Shown here in pieces: positions 16,265 to 26,337 of a stretch of 64,000 nt of DNA. The stretch is from IMG/VR virus record IMGVR_UViG_3300034093_003299, positions 1 to 64,000 of that record; one strand, written 5' to 3'. The notes beneath the pieces were generated by a model. That model did not search any database. It was not told where the DNA came from and was given only the letters and a program-made list of their open reading frames with translations. Made by a program: the position numbers and the translations under genes. How positions within the stretch are numbered: position 1 is the stretch's first letter; each line of letters begins with the position of its first letter. This stretch comes from a virus (lineage: Duplodnaviria > Caudoviricetes).

Positions 16265-16943
16265 ATTTTTAATTTTAACCTGCAAAAAGAACTTAGAAAC
16301 AAAAGCTAAATCAGTTCTGGAAACATGGGCAGCAGGCCAAGAGTTAACGTTTCTAAGTGATTATGGTAATGGCAATAATATTATTTCATTCCAAATCCCA
16401 GCTGATTACGCATTCATGTCTATGCGTTACAGCAATTATATAAAAAGCTTAACTGATGTAGAAAATGATTGGTATTTTTTTTGCGATGACGATACATTCG
16501 TTAACACTTTAAATTTAAAGAGTCTATTGCTTAATTTTAATTGTAATGAGCCATTTTATATTGGCAAAAAACTTTTATTGACAGAAAAATGCTTAGACTC
16601 TGAAGGTAATTATACAGGATTTCCTATCCATTCACTTAAAGGAGATAGAGCTACTTTGCCTTTAAATTATACTAGCGGCGGAGCCGGGTTTGCTTTATCT
16701 AAGCAATCTATTATAAAACTTAAGGATTATTTACTTGCATGTAAAGATATCCCTTATTCTTATAATACTGATGTCACCATGGGTCTTTGGATGAGGAATT
16801 GCGGCGTGACTGTAACTGAAAACGATGGGTTCAATACTAATACGCCAATCAACCATAATCATAAAAAAGATAAAATCAAGAAAAGCTTGACATATCATTA
16901 TTTAAACACCCAAGAAATGTATTATATAAATGAAATAATTTAA
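16254..16943 (+). CDS. GT31 Fringe/beta-1,3-glycosyltransferase-like
   Basis: WYFFCDDDTFV, SGGAGFALS and DVTMGLWM motifs typical of Fringe/GT31. Confidence 0.8.
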   Translation: MEIKFLILTCKKNLETKAKSVLETWAAGQELTFLSDYGNGNNIISFQIPADYAFMSMRYSNYIKSLTDVENDWYFFCDDDTFVNTLNLKSLLLNFNCNEPFYIGKKLLLTEKCLDSEGNYTGFPIHSLKGDRATLPLNYTSGGAGFALSKQSIIKLKDYLLACKDIPYSYNTDVTMGLWMRNCGVTVTENDGFNTNTPINHNHKKDKIKKSLTYHYLNTQEMYYINEII

Positions 16944-16984
16944 ATATAATAACAAAATGCAGTTTCTATAAATTAAATAATTTT

Positions 16985-17665
16985 ATGGATAAATTTTTAA
17001 TATATCACCATCTTGGCCTTGGTGACCATATAATATGTAATGGATTAGTTAGAGAAATTTGCAACAATAGCAAAAATAGTTTTTTATTGCCAGCTAAAAA
17101 ACACAATTTTAAAACAGTAGAATTTATGTTTCGAGATCTTAAGAATCTTATTGTTGTCCCTGTTGCTGGAGATGAATGCGTTGGTTCGCTGTCTTCCGAA
17201 TTAAATTGTAAAGTTTTAACAATTGGGCATCAATTTTTAAATTCTTATAAAAAATTCGATCAGTCGTTTTACGATCAATTAAATATAAATTTTAATAAAA
17301 GGTGGTCATCTTTTTCTGTGACGAGAGACCGGGAAAGAGAAGCGGAATTATATGACAGAAGTAACGCAAAAGATAATTTTATTTTTGTTCACGACGATCA
17401 AGACAGGAACATGAATATAGACGCAAAATATTTACAAGACAAAAACATCATTAAAGCAGACAGAAAAATGACTAATATTATTTTTGATTATTTAAGTATT
17501 CTAGAAAACGCAAAAGAAATACACTGCATAGAAAGCTCTTTCTTGTTTTTGGTAGATTCTTTTGATTTTAAAGGTGAGTTATTTAACCATAGATACGCTA
17601 GACAATACCCAGAAAACAATACTCCTACTTTAAAAAACAGATGGACCATTTTAAATAAAAAATAA
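16985..17665 (+). CDS. GT-B-type glycosyltransferase-like protein
   Basis: HHLGLGDHIICNGLV and AKEIHCIESSF motifs. Confidence 0.55.
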   Translation: MDKFLIYHHLGLGDHIICNGLVREICNNSKNSFLLPAKKHNFKTVEFMFRDLKNLIVVPVAGDECVGSLSSELNCKVLTIGHQFLNSYKKFDQSFYDQLNINFNKRWSSFSVTRDREREAELYDRSNAKDNFIFVHDDQDRNMNIDAKYLQDKNIIKADRKMTNIIFDYLSILENAKEIHCIESSFLFLVDSFDFKGELFNHRYARQYPENNTPTLKNRWTILNKK

Positions 17666-17679
17666 AATTACTATACGAT

Positions 17680-18489
17680 GTGGATTTAAATAAATTTATA
17701 AACAGCGAGAATTTTAAAAAAATATGCAACATCTCTATTGATCAAAGCAATGTCAATCAAAAAAGATATTATAACAATGGAGATATAATTTTTTGTAAAA
17801 CCGATTATTTACATGTTTTATTCCAAGAATTAAAAAACGATAAGAATAAATATATTCTCGTATCTCATCAAAGCGACTATGAAATAAATGAAAGACTTTT
17901 TAACACCAAGCCTGAGTGCATAAAAAAATGGTTTGCTCAAAACGTAAACTATAAAAATCCAAATTTAATTCCTATCCCAATCGGCATTGAAAATCATTGC
18001 GGCGCTTCAAAAGGACCACTTATAGATTTTCACCTCCAAATTTTACAAAATTATCAAACAGAAGAAAACTATATTAAAGAAAACCTTCTGTACACTAATT
18101 TCAATGTGAAAACTCACTATTCTAGAATTAATTGGCTGAATCAAATTAAATCTTTAGGATTAGAGGTTAGTGAAACAAAAACATTTTCAAATTACGCAGA
18201 TGATTTAAAAGCAAGTTATTTCAGCGCATCGCCTAGAGGAAACGGAATAGATTGCCACCGGACTTGGGAAAGCCTATATTATAATTGCATCCCAATCGTT
18301 CCTAAGCACTTTTCTTACGACTCTTTCGACGCACCAATAATACAAATAGAAAACGAGCTTGAATTGACCCACAGCTTTTTAGAAAATAAAAAAATAGAAA
18401 TTTTAAGTCAAAAAAAGTTCAAAAATAAAAAAATATTAACTATAGACTTTTGGCACGATTTAATCATAAAACATAAAATACAACTATGA
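17680..18489 (+). CDS. Exostosin/GT47-like glycosyltransferase
   Basis: SPRGNGIDCHRTWESLYYNCIPIV motif; GTG start. Confidence 0.7.
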   Translation: MDLNKFINSENFKKICNISIDQSNVNQKRYYNNGDIIFCKTDYLHVLFQELKNDKNKYILVSHQSDYEINERLFNTKPECIKKWFAQNVNYKNPNLIPIPIGIENHCGASKGPLIDFHLQILQNYQTEENYIKENLLYTNFNVKTHYSRINWLNQIKSLGLEVSETKTFSNYADDLKASYFSASPRGNGIDCHRTWESLYYNCIPIVPKHFSYDSFDAPIIQIENELELTHSFLENKKIEILSQKKFKNKKILTIDFWHDLIIKHKIQL

Positions 18490-19082
18490 GCTATTCTCAA
18501 TTTAACATAGATATTTATCTGTGCGAATTATTTAAAAACGCAAACCCCGGATTTTTTATAGAAGCTGGCGCAAATGATGGCGTAAGTCAAAATAATACTT
18601 TTTTGCTAGAAAAACGTTTGAAATGGAATGGCCTTCTAATAGAGCCAAATGTCCACGTATTCAATTCATGTAAAGCTCATAGATCATGCATTATTGAAAA
18701 TTGCGCTTTAGTTTCTTTTGATTTTAAAGATGAATATATAGAAGGTGATTTTAATCAAACAAGCTTCGAAGGATCTATGACTGGCGGCTGTTCGCCAATT
18801 CATTCAAAAAACTGTAAAGCAAAAGCTGAAAAGCTATCAAATTTATTGATAAAACACAATATCAGCAAAGTTGATTTTTTAAGTATTGATGTCGAAGGTT
18901 ACGAAATTGAAGCTTTGATGGGATTAGATTTTAATATACATTCCCCTTCATATATTTTATACGAAGATCACGAACACAGAAATATCAAATATATTGAAAA
19001 GTTTGAAGATTTTTTTGCAAATCGAAATTATTCATTAGAAAAGAAATTTTCAAATAATCACTTTTTATTCAAATTAAATTAA
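18486..19082 (+). CDS. FkbM-family SAM-dependent methyltransferase
   Basis: FFIEAGANDG, WNGLLIEPN and DFLSIDVEGYE motifs. Confidence 0.9.
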   Translation: MSYSQFNIDIYLCELFKNANPGFFIEAGANDGVSQNNTFLLEKRLKWNGLLIEPNVHVFNSCKAHRSCIIENCALVSFDFKDEYIEGDFNQTSFEGSMTGGCSPIHSKNCKAKAEKLSNLLIKHNISKVDFLSIDVEGYEIEALMGLDFNIHSPSYILYEDHEHRNIKYIEKFEDFFANRNYSLEKKFSNNHFLFKLN

Positions 19083-20032
19083 TGAAAATTTTTGTAGCGG
19101 GCCATAAAGGAATGGTCGGGGCGTCTATTCTTGAAAAGCTTAATAATGAAACCAATGTCGAAATTTTTACTATAGACAGAAAAGAGCTCGATCTATTAAA
19201 TCAATATCAAGTATTAGATTATTTTTCTAATAATAACTTTGATTTAGTTATTGACTCTGCTGCAAAAGTTGGTGGAATTCATTCTAATAACACTTATCGC
19301 GCCGATTTTATTTATGAAAACTTACAGATACAAAACAATTTAATTCATGCGTCGTATCTTTCTTGTGTCAAAAAGTTTTTATTTCTTGGCAGCTCTTGTA
19401 TTTATCCAAAATTTGCAGAACAACCTATTAAAGAAGAATACCTGTTAACCTCTCCTCTAGAATATACAAATGAACCTTATGCGATAGCTAAAATTGCTGG
19501 CATAAAAATGTGCGAAAGCTATTACAAACAATACGGCTGTAATTTTATATCAGTAATGCCAACCAATTTATATGGCCCAAATGATAATTTTCACCCAATG
19601 AATTCTCATGTGCTTCCTGCTTTGCTTCGTCGTTTCCATCAAGCCAAGATAGGCAAAGAGCCTTTTGTTGAAATTTGGGGGACCGGAAAAGCTAAAAGAG
19701 AATTTATGCACGTTGACGATATGGCCGACGCATGTTTATTAGTAGCAAAAAAATTAAACGCTAAAGATTTATATTCTCAAAACATTTCACAAATCAATAT
19801 TGGCAGCGGATTTGAAACCTCCATACACGATCTTGCTTATAGTATTGCTGAAATTGTTGACTACAAAGGAGACGTCAAATTTGATTTAACTAAGCCAGAC
19901 GGAACAATGAGAAAGCTCTTAGATTGCTCAAGGCTAAACAAGCTAGGATACACTGCTAAAATAAAACTAGAAGACGGATTAAAAGATACATATAATTGGT
20001 ATTTAAAGAACCAAAGCGTAATAAAACCATGA
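19082..20032 (+). CDS. fcl: GDP-L-fucose synthase
   Basis: AGHKGMVG, AAKVGGI..N, LGSSCIYPK, YAIAK and WGTGKAKREF motifs. Confidence 0.95.
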   Translation: MKIFVAGHKGMVGASILEKLNNETNVEIFTIDRKELDLLNQYQVLDYFSNNNFDLVIDSAAKVGGIHSNNTYRADFIYENLQIQNNLIHASYLSCVKKFLFLGSSCIYPKFAEQPIKEEYLLTSPLEYTNEPYAIAKIAGIKMCESYYKQYGCNFISVMPTNLYGPNDNFHPMNSHVLPALLRRFHQAKIGKEPFVEIWGTGKAKREFMHVDDMADACLLVAKKLNAKDLYSQNISQINIGSGFETSIHDLAYSIAEIVDYKGDVKFDLTKPDGTMRKLLDCSRLNKLGYTAKIKLEDGLKDTYNWYLKNQSVIKP

Positions 20033-21087
20033 AAATAATAATAACTGGAATACTTGGCCAAGACGGCTCTAACATGGTAGAGTATCTTCTAAAAAATACT
20101 AACGCCAAGATATTCGGAATGGCTAGGCGGACTTCAAACCCTAATTTTATTAATTGCAAATCTTTCTTAAAAGAAGAAAGGTTCCAGCTTGTCTATGGCG
20201 ACTTATCTGACAACGTAAGCCTTGATAATCTTGTTAGAGACATCCAGCCAGATTATTTTATAAATTTTGCCGCTCAATCGTTTGTTGGCTGTAGCTGGGA
20301 CATTCCTCTCCAAACTTTTGATTCAAACGCAACAGGTGTTGCGCGTTGCCTAGAAGCTGTTCGCAGGTTCCAACCAAAGTGCCGTTTCTATTCTGCTGGG
20401 TCTAGCGAAGAATTTGGAGACGTCGCATATAGCCCTCAAGACATAAACCACCCGCTTAGACCGCGAAGTCCTTACGGAGCATCAAAAGCTGCTGCGAGAC
20501 AACTTGTAAAAGTGTATCGTGATTCTTATAATTTATATGCTGTACATGGCATTTTATTTAACCATGAAGGGACCAAGCGTGGAGAAGAATTCGTCACTAG
20601 AAAAATAACTAAAGGAGTCGCAAGAATATATGATTGTATAAAAAATGCAAAACCATTTAATCCAATTGAACTTGGCAATCTAGACTCTAAAAGAGACTGG
20701 TCTGATTCTGAAGATTTTGTTGATGGGGTATGGAAAATGCTCAATCAACCAACCCCTAAAGATTATGTTTTATCTAGCAACGAGACTCACTCTATTAGAG
20801 AATTTATTGGGCTTGCTTTCAGTGAAGTCGGAGTAGAAGGAGTCTGGCATGGCTCTGGAGTTAGCGAAGAGTTCAGCGTATCTACTAAATACGCTATTTC
20901 TAAAGATCCTCTTTCTTCTGTTTTGATTAAGGTGAATGAAAAATTTTACAGGCCAGCAGAGGTAGATTTATTATTTGGAGACTCGAATCCAGCAAGGAAT
21001 GAATTAAATTGGCTCCCGAAGACCGATTTTCACAGCCTTGTCCGGAAAATGGTGGCTCACGACATTTCTTTGCTTGACAAATCGTAG
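20029..21087 (+). CDS. gmd: GDP-mannose 4,6-dehydratase
   Basis: ITGILGQDGS, AAQSFV, SSEEFG, PRSPYGASK, FNHEG..RGEEFVTRKI and LGNLDSKRDW motifs; start revised to ATG 20029 (ATGA overlap). Confidence 0.95.
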   Translation: MKIIITGILGQDGSNMVEYLLKNTNAKIFGMARRTSNPNFINCKSFLKEERFQLVYGDLSDNVSLDNLVRDIQPDYFINFAAQSFVGCSWDIPLQTFDSNATGVARCLEAVRRFQPKCRFYSAGSSEEFGDVAYSPQDINHPLRPRSPYGASKAAARQLVKVYRDSYNLYAVHGILFNHEGTKRGEEFVTRKITKGVARIYDCIKNAKPFNPIELGNLDSKRDWSDSEDFVDGVWKMLNQPTPKDYVLSSNETHSIREFIGLAFSEVGVEGVWHGSGVSEEFSVSTKYAISKDPLSSVLIKVNEKFYRPAEVDLLFGDSNPARNELNWLPKTDFHSLVRKMVAHDISLLDKS

Positions 21088-21101
21088 CCGCGCGTCATAG
21101 T
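21074..21101 (+). promoter_or_regulatory. Promoter TTGACA-N16-CATAGT, 7 nt before ATG 21109
   Basis: Read directly; heads the recA-dnaB-dnaG run. Confidence 0.7.
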
Positions 21102-21108
21102 GTCCTCG

Positions 21109-21468
21109 ATGACTGCGCGAACGAGCAAGCCAAGAAAATTAAGCCAGCAGCAAGAGGTGATATCTTTATTTCTGATTGATAAAAAAAATATTAATTGGCC
21201 TAATGAAATGCGCGTAGCTACCAAGCTTATAAAAGAGTATGGTTTTGATTGGCTTATGAGTTTAAATGGTAGGACCAAAACTATATCCTTGACTTGGTTC
21301 TTGGGAGAAAATGGGAAAAAGTTTCTCAATGATATCAAAAAATATCAGTCTCTTTCTTTTGAAAAGCAGGAGATTATCCTAGAAGATAATCCAGTAGCTC
21401 CTCCTACGGAAATTGTAAAAAAACCTACATCAGTAAAAGATTTTTTAAATATTTTTAATAAGACATAA
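21109..21468 (+). CDS. Hypothetical protein
   Basis: Start revised from GTG 21100 to ATG 21109 on promoter geometry. Confidence 0.7.
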   Translation: MTARTSKPRKLSQQQEVISLFLIDKKNINWPNEMRVATKLIKEYGFDWLMSLNGRTKTISLTWFLGENGKKFLNDIKKYQSLSFEKQEIILEDNPVAPPTEIVKKPTSVKDFLNIFNKT

Positions 21469-21469
21469 T

Positions 21470-22585
21470 ATGGCAAGACAAAAGAAAGAGATTCAAGAGA
21501 ATCCAGACTCGGATACATCATCAGGAAAGCTGAAGGTTCTTGATAATATTCTAAATAGAAATAAAGACCACCATTACGCTTTTGATAATAATATTGATTA
21601 TGTTATTAGCAGCGGCAGCTTGACATTAGATATTGAGATGAGCGGAGGCATCCATCCCGGAATCATCCGATCTTCAGGAATCACAGAGGGAGGCAAAACT
21701 AGCAATGCTTTGGCGTTTGCTCGCAATTTTCAAATAACCCATCCAGAAAAAGGATGCATTATTTATATTAAGTCTGAAGGACGTTTGAGCGAAAACATGA
21801 TTGCCAGATCTGGAGTAAGCACCGATCCGGCTAAGTGGAGGGTTATCCCTACTAATGATTATGAATTTGTCACCGACACAATGCGTGAGCTAATTAAAAA
21901 TAATGATGATGGAAATATTTATTTCTTTATCATCGACAGCCTTGACGCTCTGGTCCCTAGGAATGACTTAGCCAAGTCCGCTATGGAAGCAAATAAAACG
22001 GCTGGAGCAGCCCTGTTAACATCTGATCTTCTTCGCAAAATGGCTGCGGCTTTCTCTTCCAGAGGCCACATATGCTTCCTTGTGTCTCAAGTCAGATCAT
22101 CGATTAAGATAAACCCATACGAGAAAGGCGATCCGAAAGTAACTAACGCAAGCGGAGGAAATGCTGCTTTGCATTATTCAGATTGGATTCTTGAGTTCCA
22201 ACAGCGCTGGAATAAGGATCTTATCTACGCTAACGCTAAAGGAGAAGGCAATCCAGTTGGTCATTGGTGCAAAATCATCTTCAAAAAGACTCCCAATGAA
22301 AAGTCCGGAAGAGAAGTTCGTTACCCGATTAAATATGAGCGGTCTAACGGATCGAGTGTTTGGGTTGAGTATGAAATCGTTGACCAGCTTTTAGCTTGGG
22401 AGTTCGCTCACGCTAAGGGGGCTTGGATCACTATTACCGACGAGCTTATTAAAGAATTGGCAGAGAACAACATTGAAATGCCTAAGCAGCATCAAGGAGA
22501 AGCTAATTTAAAGAACTTCCTTGAGGAGCACCAAGACGTTACTAAATATCTCTTTAATAAGTTCATTAGCGCTTTAAAGAAGTGA
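21470..22585 (+). CDS. recA: RecA/UvsX-like recombinase
   Basis: SSGSLTLDI, Walker A GITEGGKTS, Walker B FIIDSLDAL, SQVR and SGGNAALHYS motifs. Confidence 0.9.
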   Translation: MARQKKEIQENPDSDTSSGKLKVLDNILNRNKDHHYAFDNNIDYVISSGSLTLDIEMSGGIHPGIIRSSGITEGGKTSNALAFARNFQITHPEKGCIIYIKSEGRLSENMIARSGVSTDPAKWRVIPTNDYEFVTDTMRELIKNNDDGNIYFFIIDSLDALVPRNDLAKSAMEANKTAGAALLTSDLLRKMAAAFSSRGHICFLVSQVRSSIKINPYEKGDPKVTNASGGNAALHYSDWILEFQQRWNKDLIYANAKGEGNPVGHWCKIIFKKTPNEKSGREVRYPIKYERSNGSSVWVEYEIVDQLLAWEFAHAKGAWITITDELIKELAENNIEMPKQHQGEANLKNFLEEHQDVTKYLFNKFISALKK

Positions 22586-22998
22586 AGCTGTATAATATAT
22601 ACGGTAAAGCTGTAAGCAAAAACGTCTCCCAGTATTTAATCGATTGGGAGGCGGCTTCTCGGTCTAAGGTTCAGTTTAATGCAAAGCAGTTTCTTAAAAA
22701 GTACTGGAAGAATCATATTGTTTACGAAGAGTTTCCCGTATTTGGTTCTAGGCTTAAAGTAGACATTGTTAACGCTACCCTAAGAATAGCCGTAGAAGTT
22801 CACGGCAAACAGCACTCCGCTTACAATAAATTCTTTCACGGAGACTCTAGGCTGAACTATTTGAAATCAATCAAGAGAGATGTCGCTAAGGAAAAGTGGC
22901 TGGTTTTGAATGAGTTTCAGTTGGTTGAAGTTTATGAAAACGAAGTGAAAGACTTGTCAGAGCAGTTTTTCAAAGACAAATTTAATATCAATCTTTAA
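22582..22998 (+). CDS. DUF559/Vsr-like PD-(D/E)xK endonuclease
   Basis: EEFPV...LKVDI....IAVEVHGKQH...RD..KE.W pattern. Confidence 0.7.
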   Translation: MKLYNIYGKAVSKNVSQYLIDWEAASRSKVQFNAKQFLKKYWKNHIVYEEFPVFGSRLKVDIVNATLRIAVEVHGKQHSAYNKFFHGDSRLNYLKSIKRDVAKEKWLVLNEFQLVEVYENEVKDLSEQFFKDKFNINL

Positions 22999-24461
22999 TG
23001 GCCATTTATTCTCTCCAAGTAGAAAAATACGTATTGTCTGGATTAATTAGGCATCCAACTTCTTTTGCCGACGTTGAATCTTTTATCAGTGACAGTGATT
23101 TTATCAATGAGGTTCATTATACTATCTTTTGCGTTTTTAAAGAGACGTTCAATAAAGGGGAGCAAATTGATAAGGTCTTGATTTCTCAAAAATGCAAGAA
23201 CCTTGGCATCACATTTAAGGACCAGTCTATTGATATCTTTAATTATGTCAACAGCATTTGCCTTGTGCCCACCTCTCAGGCCGGTTTAGTTGAAGGATCT
23301 AAAGAACTTCTTAAGCTCAGGATCAGAAGAGAGATAGAGCAGACCGGAGACGATATTAAAAAGTTTGCTAATTCATGCGCAGAAAAACAAATTGAAGAAA
23401 TCATTACCGAATCAGATAAGATCTACAATAGCAAAATTTGCGTTTACGCTGCCGAGAATAACAAGCCAGAAGATATTACTGCTAATGTAATAGAAATAAT
23501 TGAAGAGCGCGGAAACAATCCAATTCAAGATACTGGCTTAGCTACTCCTTATCCAAATTTTAATCGCCTTTATGGCGGCATTCGTCCCGGTAATATATAT
23601 GCATGGGTAAGCAGACCTAAGCATGGCAAATCAACCATATTGAACGACCTAGCCATTAAGGTCACAAGCATGAATAAAGGGTGCCGAGCACTTGTTCTAG
23701 ACACTGAAATGTCTACTATAGATATGAAGTTCAGAATAGCTTCTTCTATTACCGGCATTCCTGTTTGGCACTTAGAAACAGGTAACTGGAAAAAGAACGC
23801 TAATCTTTTCCAAAAATTTGAAGAAAGCAAAAGCAAAATCAAAGCCCTTAGCAATCAAGTAGACCATCTTCAAGTAGCTGGAAAGCCTATCGAGGAAGTG
23901 GCGTCTATTGTCAAGCGCTGGTATTTCTCAAAGGTTGGTCGCGGAAATCAATGCGTTATTATTTATGATTACATTAAGCTAACAGGCGAATCTGATAAAA
24001 ACAAACAAGAATACCAATTAATTGGCGACAAAGTCAATGCTCTTAAAGAGCTTTGCTTGGAATTAAATGTCCCGATTCTAACAGCTTGCCAGCTTAACAG
24101 AAGCGCAGAGAACGGCGTAGATGACAGCAGCGCGATTTCTCAGTCTGATCGGCTACAATGGTATGCATCTTTTGTCGCTATTTTCAGGCGCAAGAGCGTA
24201 GAAGAGATTGCTGACGATGGAATAGAGTTCGGTTCTCATAAGCTGATTCCTCTAGCGACCCGCTTCCAAGGAAAAGACTCCGCTGGGCATCACGATTTAG
24301 TTAGAATCAAAGAGGGCAAAAAGATTAAGTATGCCCCGAATTATATAAGTTTTAATATTAACAATTTTAATGTTGAAGAAACTGGGACTTTGGAAGATAT
24401 TATATCTGCTAAGTCATTGCGCCCTGAGCTAGACGACTCTGGCGATGGAGAAGTATTATGA
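22998..24461 (+). CDS. dnaB: DnaB-like replicative helicase
   Basis: Walker A SRPKHGKST, DTEMS, IIYDYIKL, ACQLNR and the SQSDRL region. Confidence 0.92.
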   Translation: MAIYSLQVEKYVLSGLIRHPTSFADVESFISDSDFINEVHYTIFCVFKETFNKGEQIDKVLISQKCKNLGITFKDQSIDIFNYVNSICLVPTSQAGLVEGSKELLKLRIRREIEQTGDDIKKFANSCAEKQIEEIITESDKIYNSKICVYAAENNKPEDITANVIEIIEERGNNPIQDTGLATPYPNFNRLYGGIRPGNIYAWVSRPKHGKSTILNDLAIKVTSMNKGCRALVLDTEMSTIDMKFRIASSITGIPVWHLETGNWKKNANLFQKFEESKSKIKALSNQVDHLQVAGKPIEEVASIVKRWYFSKVGRGNQCVIIYDYIKLTGESDKNKQEYQLIGDKVNALKELCLELNVPILTACQLNRSAENGVDDSSAISQSDRLQWYASFVAIFRRKSVEEIADDGIEFGSHKLIPLATRFQGKDSAGHHDLVRIKEGKKIKYAPNYISFNINNFNVEETGTLEDIISAKSLRPELDDSGDGEVL

Positions 24462-25393
24462 ATGACTGCGAATCCGTAAGGCAGATATTGACCGACATTG
24501 GCTACTCGCTTGTCGATCACGGAAGAGAGTACAGAACAAGGCCTCTTTATAGAGATTCCGGTAACGATAACGTTTTAAGAATTTGGAAAAATTCTGGGCA
24601 ATGGGTAGACTTTAAAGAAAACATCAGCGGCTCTATTGAAGATCTTGTAAGACTAACTCTTAAGCTTAAAAATATAGACGAAGCAAAGAAGTGGATTTCT
24701 GAAAAAGGAATCGACACTTCTCGATCTGAAGAGAATCAACAAAAAGTAACTACTAGTCAAACAACTATTTTTGATAAGTCTTTGCTTATAAAGCTTTCGC
24801 GAGATCATTCTTATTGGGAAAATAGAGGCATCTCTAGCCAGACTCTTCTTCCATTCCAATGCGGCGTTGCTTCTACCGGAAAAATGTTCAATAGATATGT
24901 CTTTCCTATATTCAACTGCAAGGACGAGATAGTCGGATTCGCCGGCAGAGATATATCTAAAATGAGCTTAGAAGGAAGACCAAAGTGGAAACTAATTGGA
25001 GACAAGAAAGAATGGGCTTTTCCGCTAAAAGTAAACTCTAAAGACATCAAAAATTCTAAATTTATTATCCTTGTCGAAAGCATTGGCGACATGCTAGCGT
25101 TAAGAGAGAATGGGATTAATAATTCTATAGTCTCTTTTGGCTTGAATCTTTCTCCAAAAATTATATATTCCCTTATTGGTTACAATCCAAAAAAGATAAT
25201 AATAGCATTTAATGACGACAGCTTCGATAATGCAGCTGGAAATATAGCAGCAGAATCCGCGAAGCAAAGGCTTCTGAATTACTTCGACTCCAATCAAATA
25301 GAAATCAAACTCCCATTTGGCGCAAAAGATTTCGGAGAAATGCATTTAAAAGATAGATCTCTTATCGGTAATTGGTATAATTCAATTCAATGA
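24458..25393 (+). CDS. dnaG: DnaG-like TOPRIM primase with a Cys-free N-terminal domain
   Basis: RYVFPI...IVGFAGR, PKWK, toprim ILVESIGDMLAL, IIIAFNDD and KDFGE motifs. Confidence 0.85.
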   Translation: MNDCESVRQILTDIGYSLVDHGREYRTRPLYRDSGNDNVLRIWKNSGQWVDFKENISGSIEDLVRLTLKLKNIDEAKKWISEKGIDTSRSEENQQKVTTSQTTIFDKSLLIKLSRDHSYWENRGISSQTLLPFQCGVASTGKMFNRYVFPIFNCKDEIVGFAGRDISKMSLEGRPKWKLIGDKKEWAFPLKVNSKDIKNSKFIILVESIGDMLALRENGINNSIVSFGLNLSPKIIYSLIGYNPKKIIIAFNDDSFDNAAGNIAAESAKQRLLNYFDSNQIEIKLPFGAKDFGEMHLKDRSLIGNWYNSIQ

Positions 25394-26337
25394 GCACCAC
25401 TGAAAAAATAAAGCTTAGCGCCAGCAAAATTAAAACCGCTGAAGGCTGTAGCTGGCTTTACTATACTAAATATGTTCTTAAAGTGCCAGACATTTCTAAT
25501 TCCGGAGCTTCTAGAGGAACAATCTGTCATTTAATTTTTGAGCTTCTTTTAAAAGATAGACACAAGAAATATTTCGAAGACTTGTGTTCTGGCAAAGCCG
25601 GTGTAATTAAAAACCCCTGCATCCACAGACTAATTCTAAAAAACGCAAAGAAACTCAAAGTCAACGACGAAGAAAATTTGGATCTTATTTACATGATGAT
25701 TCAAACAGGCCTTCAAAATGATTTTTTTTGCAACGGATCTGTTTTATTAGAAGCCGAGTCGGAGTTCAAACTAGAAGAAGATGACTATATCATAAATGGC
25801 TTTATTGATAAGCTAGCAAAATTTAACGATAAAGAATATAAGATTTACGATTATAAATCAAGCAAAGCTAAATTCTCTAAAGAAGAGATAGACTTTAACT
25901 TGCAAAACTTGATGTATTCTTTGGCTGTGTTTAAAACAAAGGGACATATTCCAACAGTGTCCTTTGTATTTTTAAAATTTAAAAAACAACCGATCCAACA
26001 GGCACCCACCCCCACCCAAGAGCAGTTAGAAGGATTCAAGACTTATTTAAGTTATATAGCTGGATATATATCTTCTTTTGATGAAAAGAAAGCCGTGCAA
26101 AATCTTGCCGCCAAATCTTTTAAGAAGAAATGGATGTGTGGCAGCGATGTGGAAGGCAAATGGATCTGCCCGTCTAGACTACCAGCAACATTTTACATAG
26201 GCTCGGATGAGAAAGATAAATTTATTAAATCTTCATTCGATAAAGAATTGCTGTTGAAAGACCCCAAGGTAAAATTAATAAACAAAAAAGAATACAAGGG
26301 CTGCCCATTTTGGAGCAAAGATACGTTGACTTTTTGA
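25390..26337 (+). CDS. RecB/Cas4-like PD-(D/E)xK exonuclease with possible Fe-S cysteines
   Basis: LSASKI....CSW, GFIDKL and IYDYKSS motifs; one N-terminal and three C-terminal Cys (WMCG, WICP, GCPFW). Confidence 0.8.
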   Translation: MSTTEKIKLSASKIKTAEGCSWLYYTKYVLKVPDISNSGASRGTICHLIFELLLKDRHKKYFEDLCSGKAGVIKNPCIHRLILKNAKKLKVNDEENLDLIYMMIQTGLQNDFFCNGSVLLEAESEFKLEEDDYIINGFIDKLAKFNDKEYKIYDYKSSKAKFSKEEIDFNLQNLMYSLAVFKTKGHIPTVSFVFLKFKKQPIQQAPTPTQEQLEGFKTYLSYIAGYISSFDEKKAVQNLAAKSFKKKWMCGSDVEGKWICPSRLPATFYIGSDEKDKFIKSSFDKELLLKDPKVKLINKKEYKGCPFWSKDTLTF

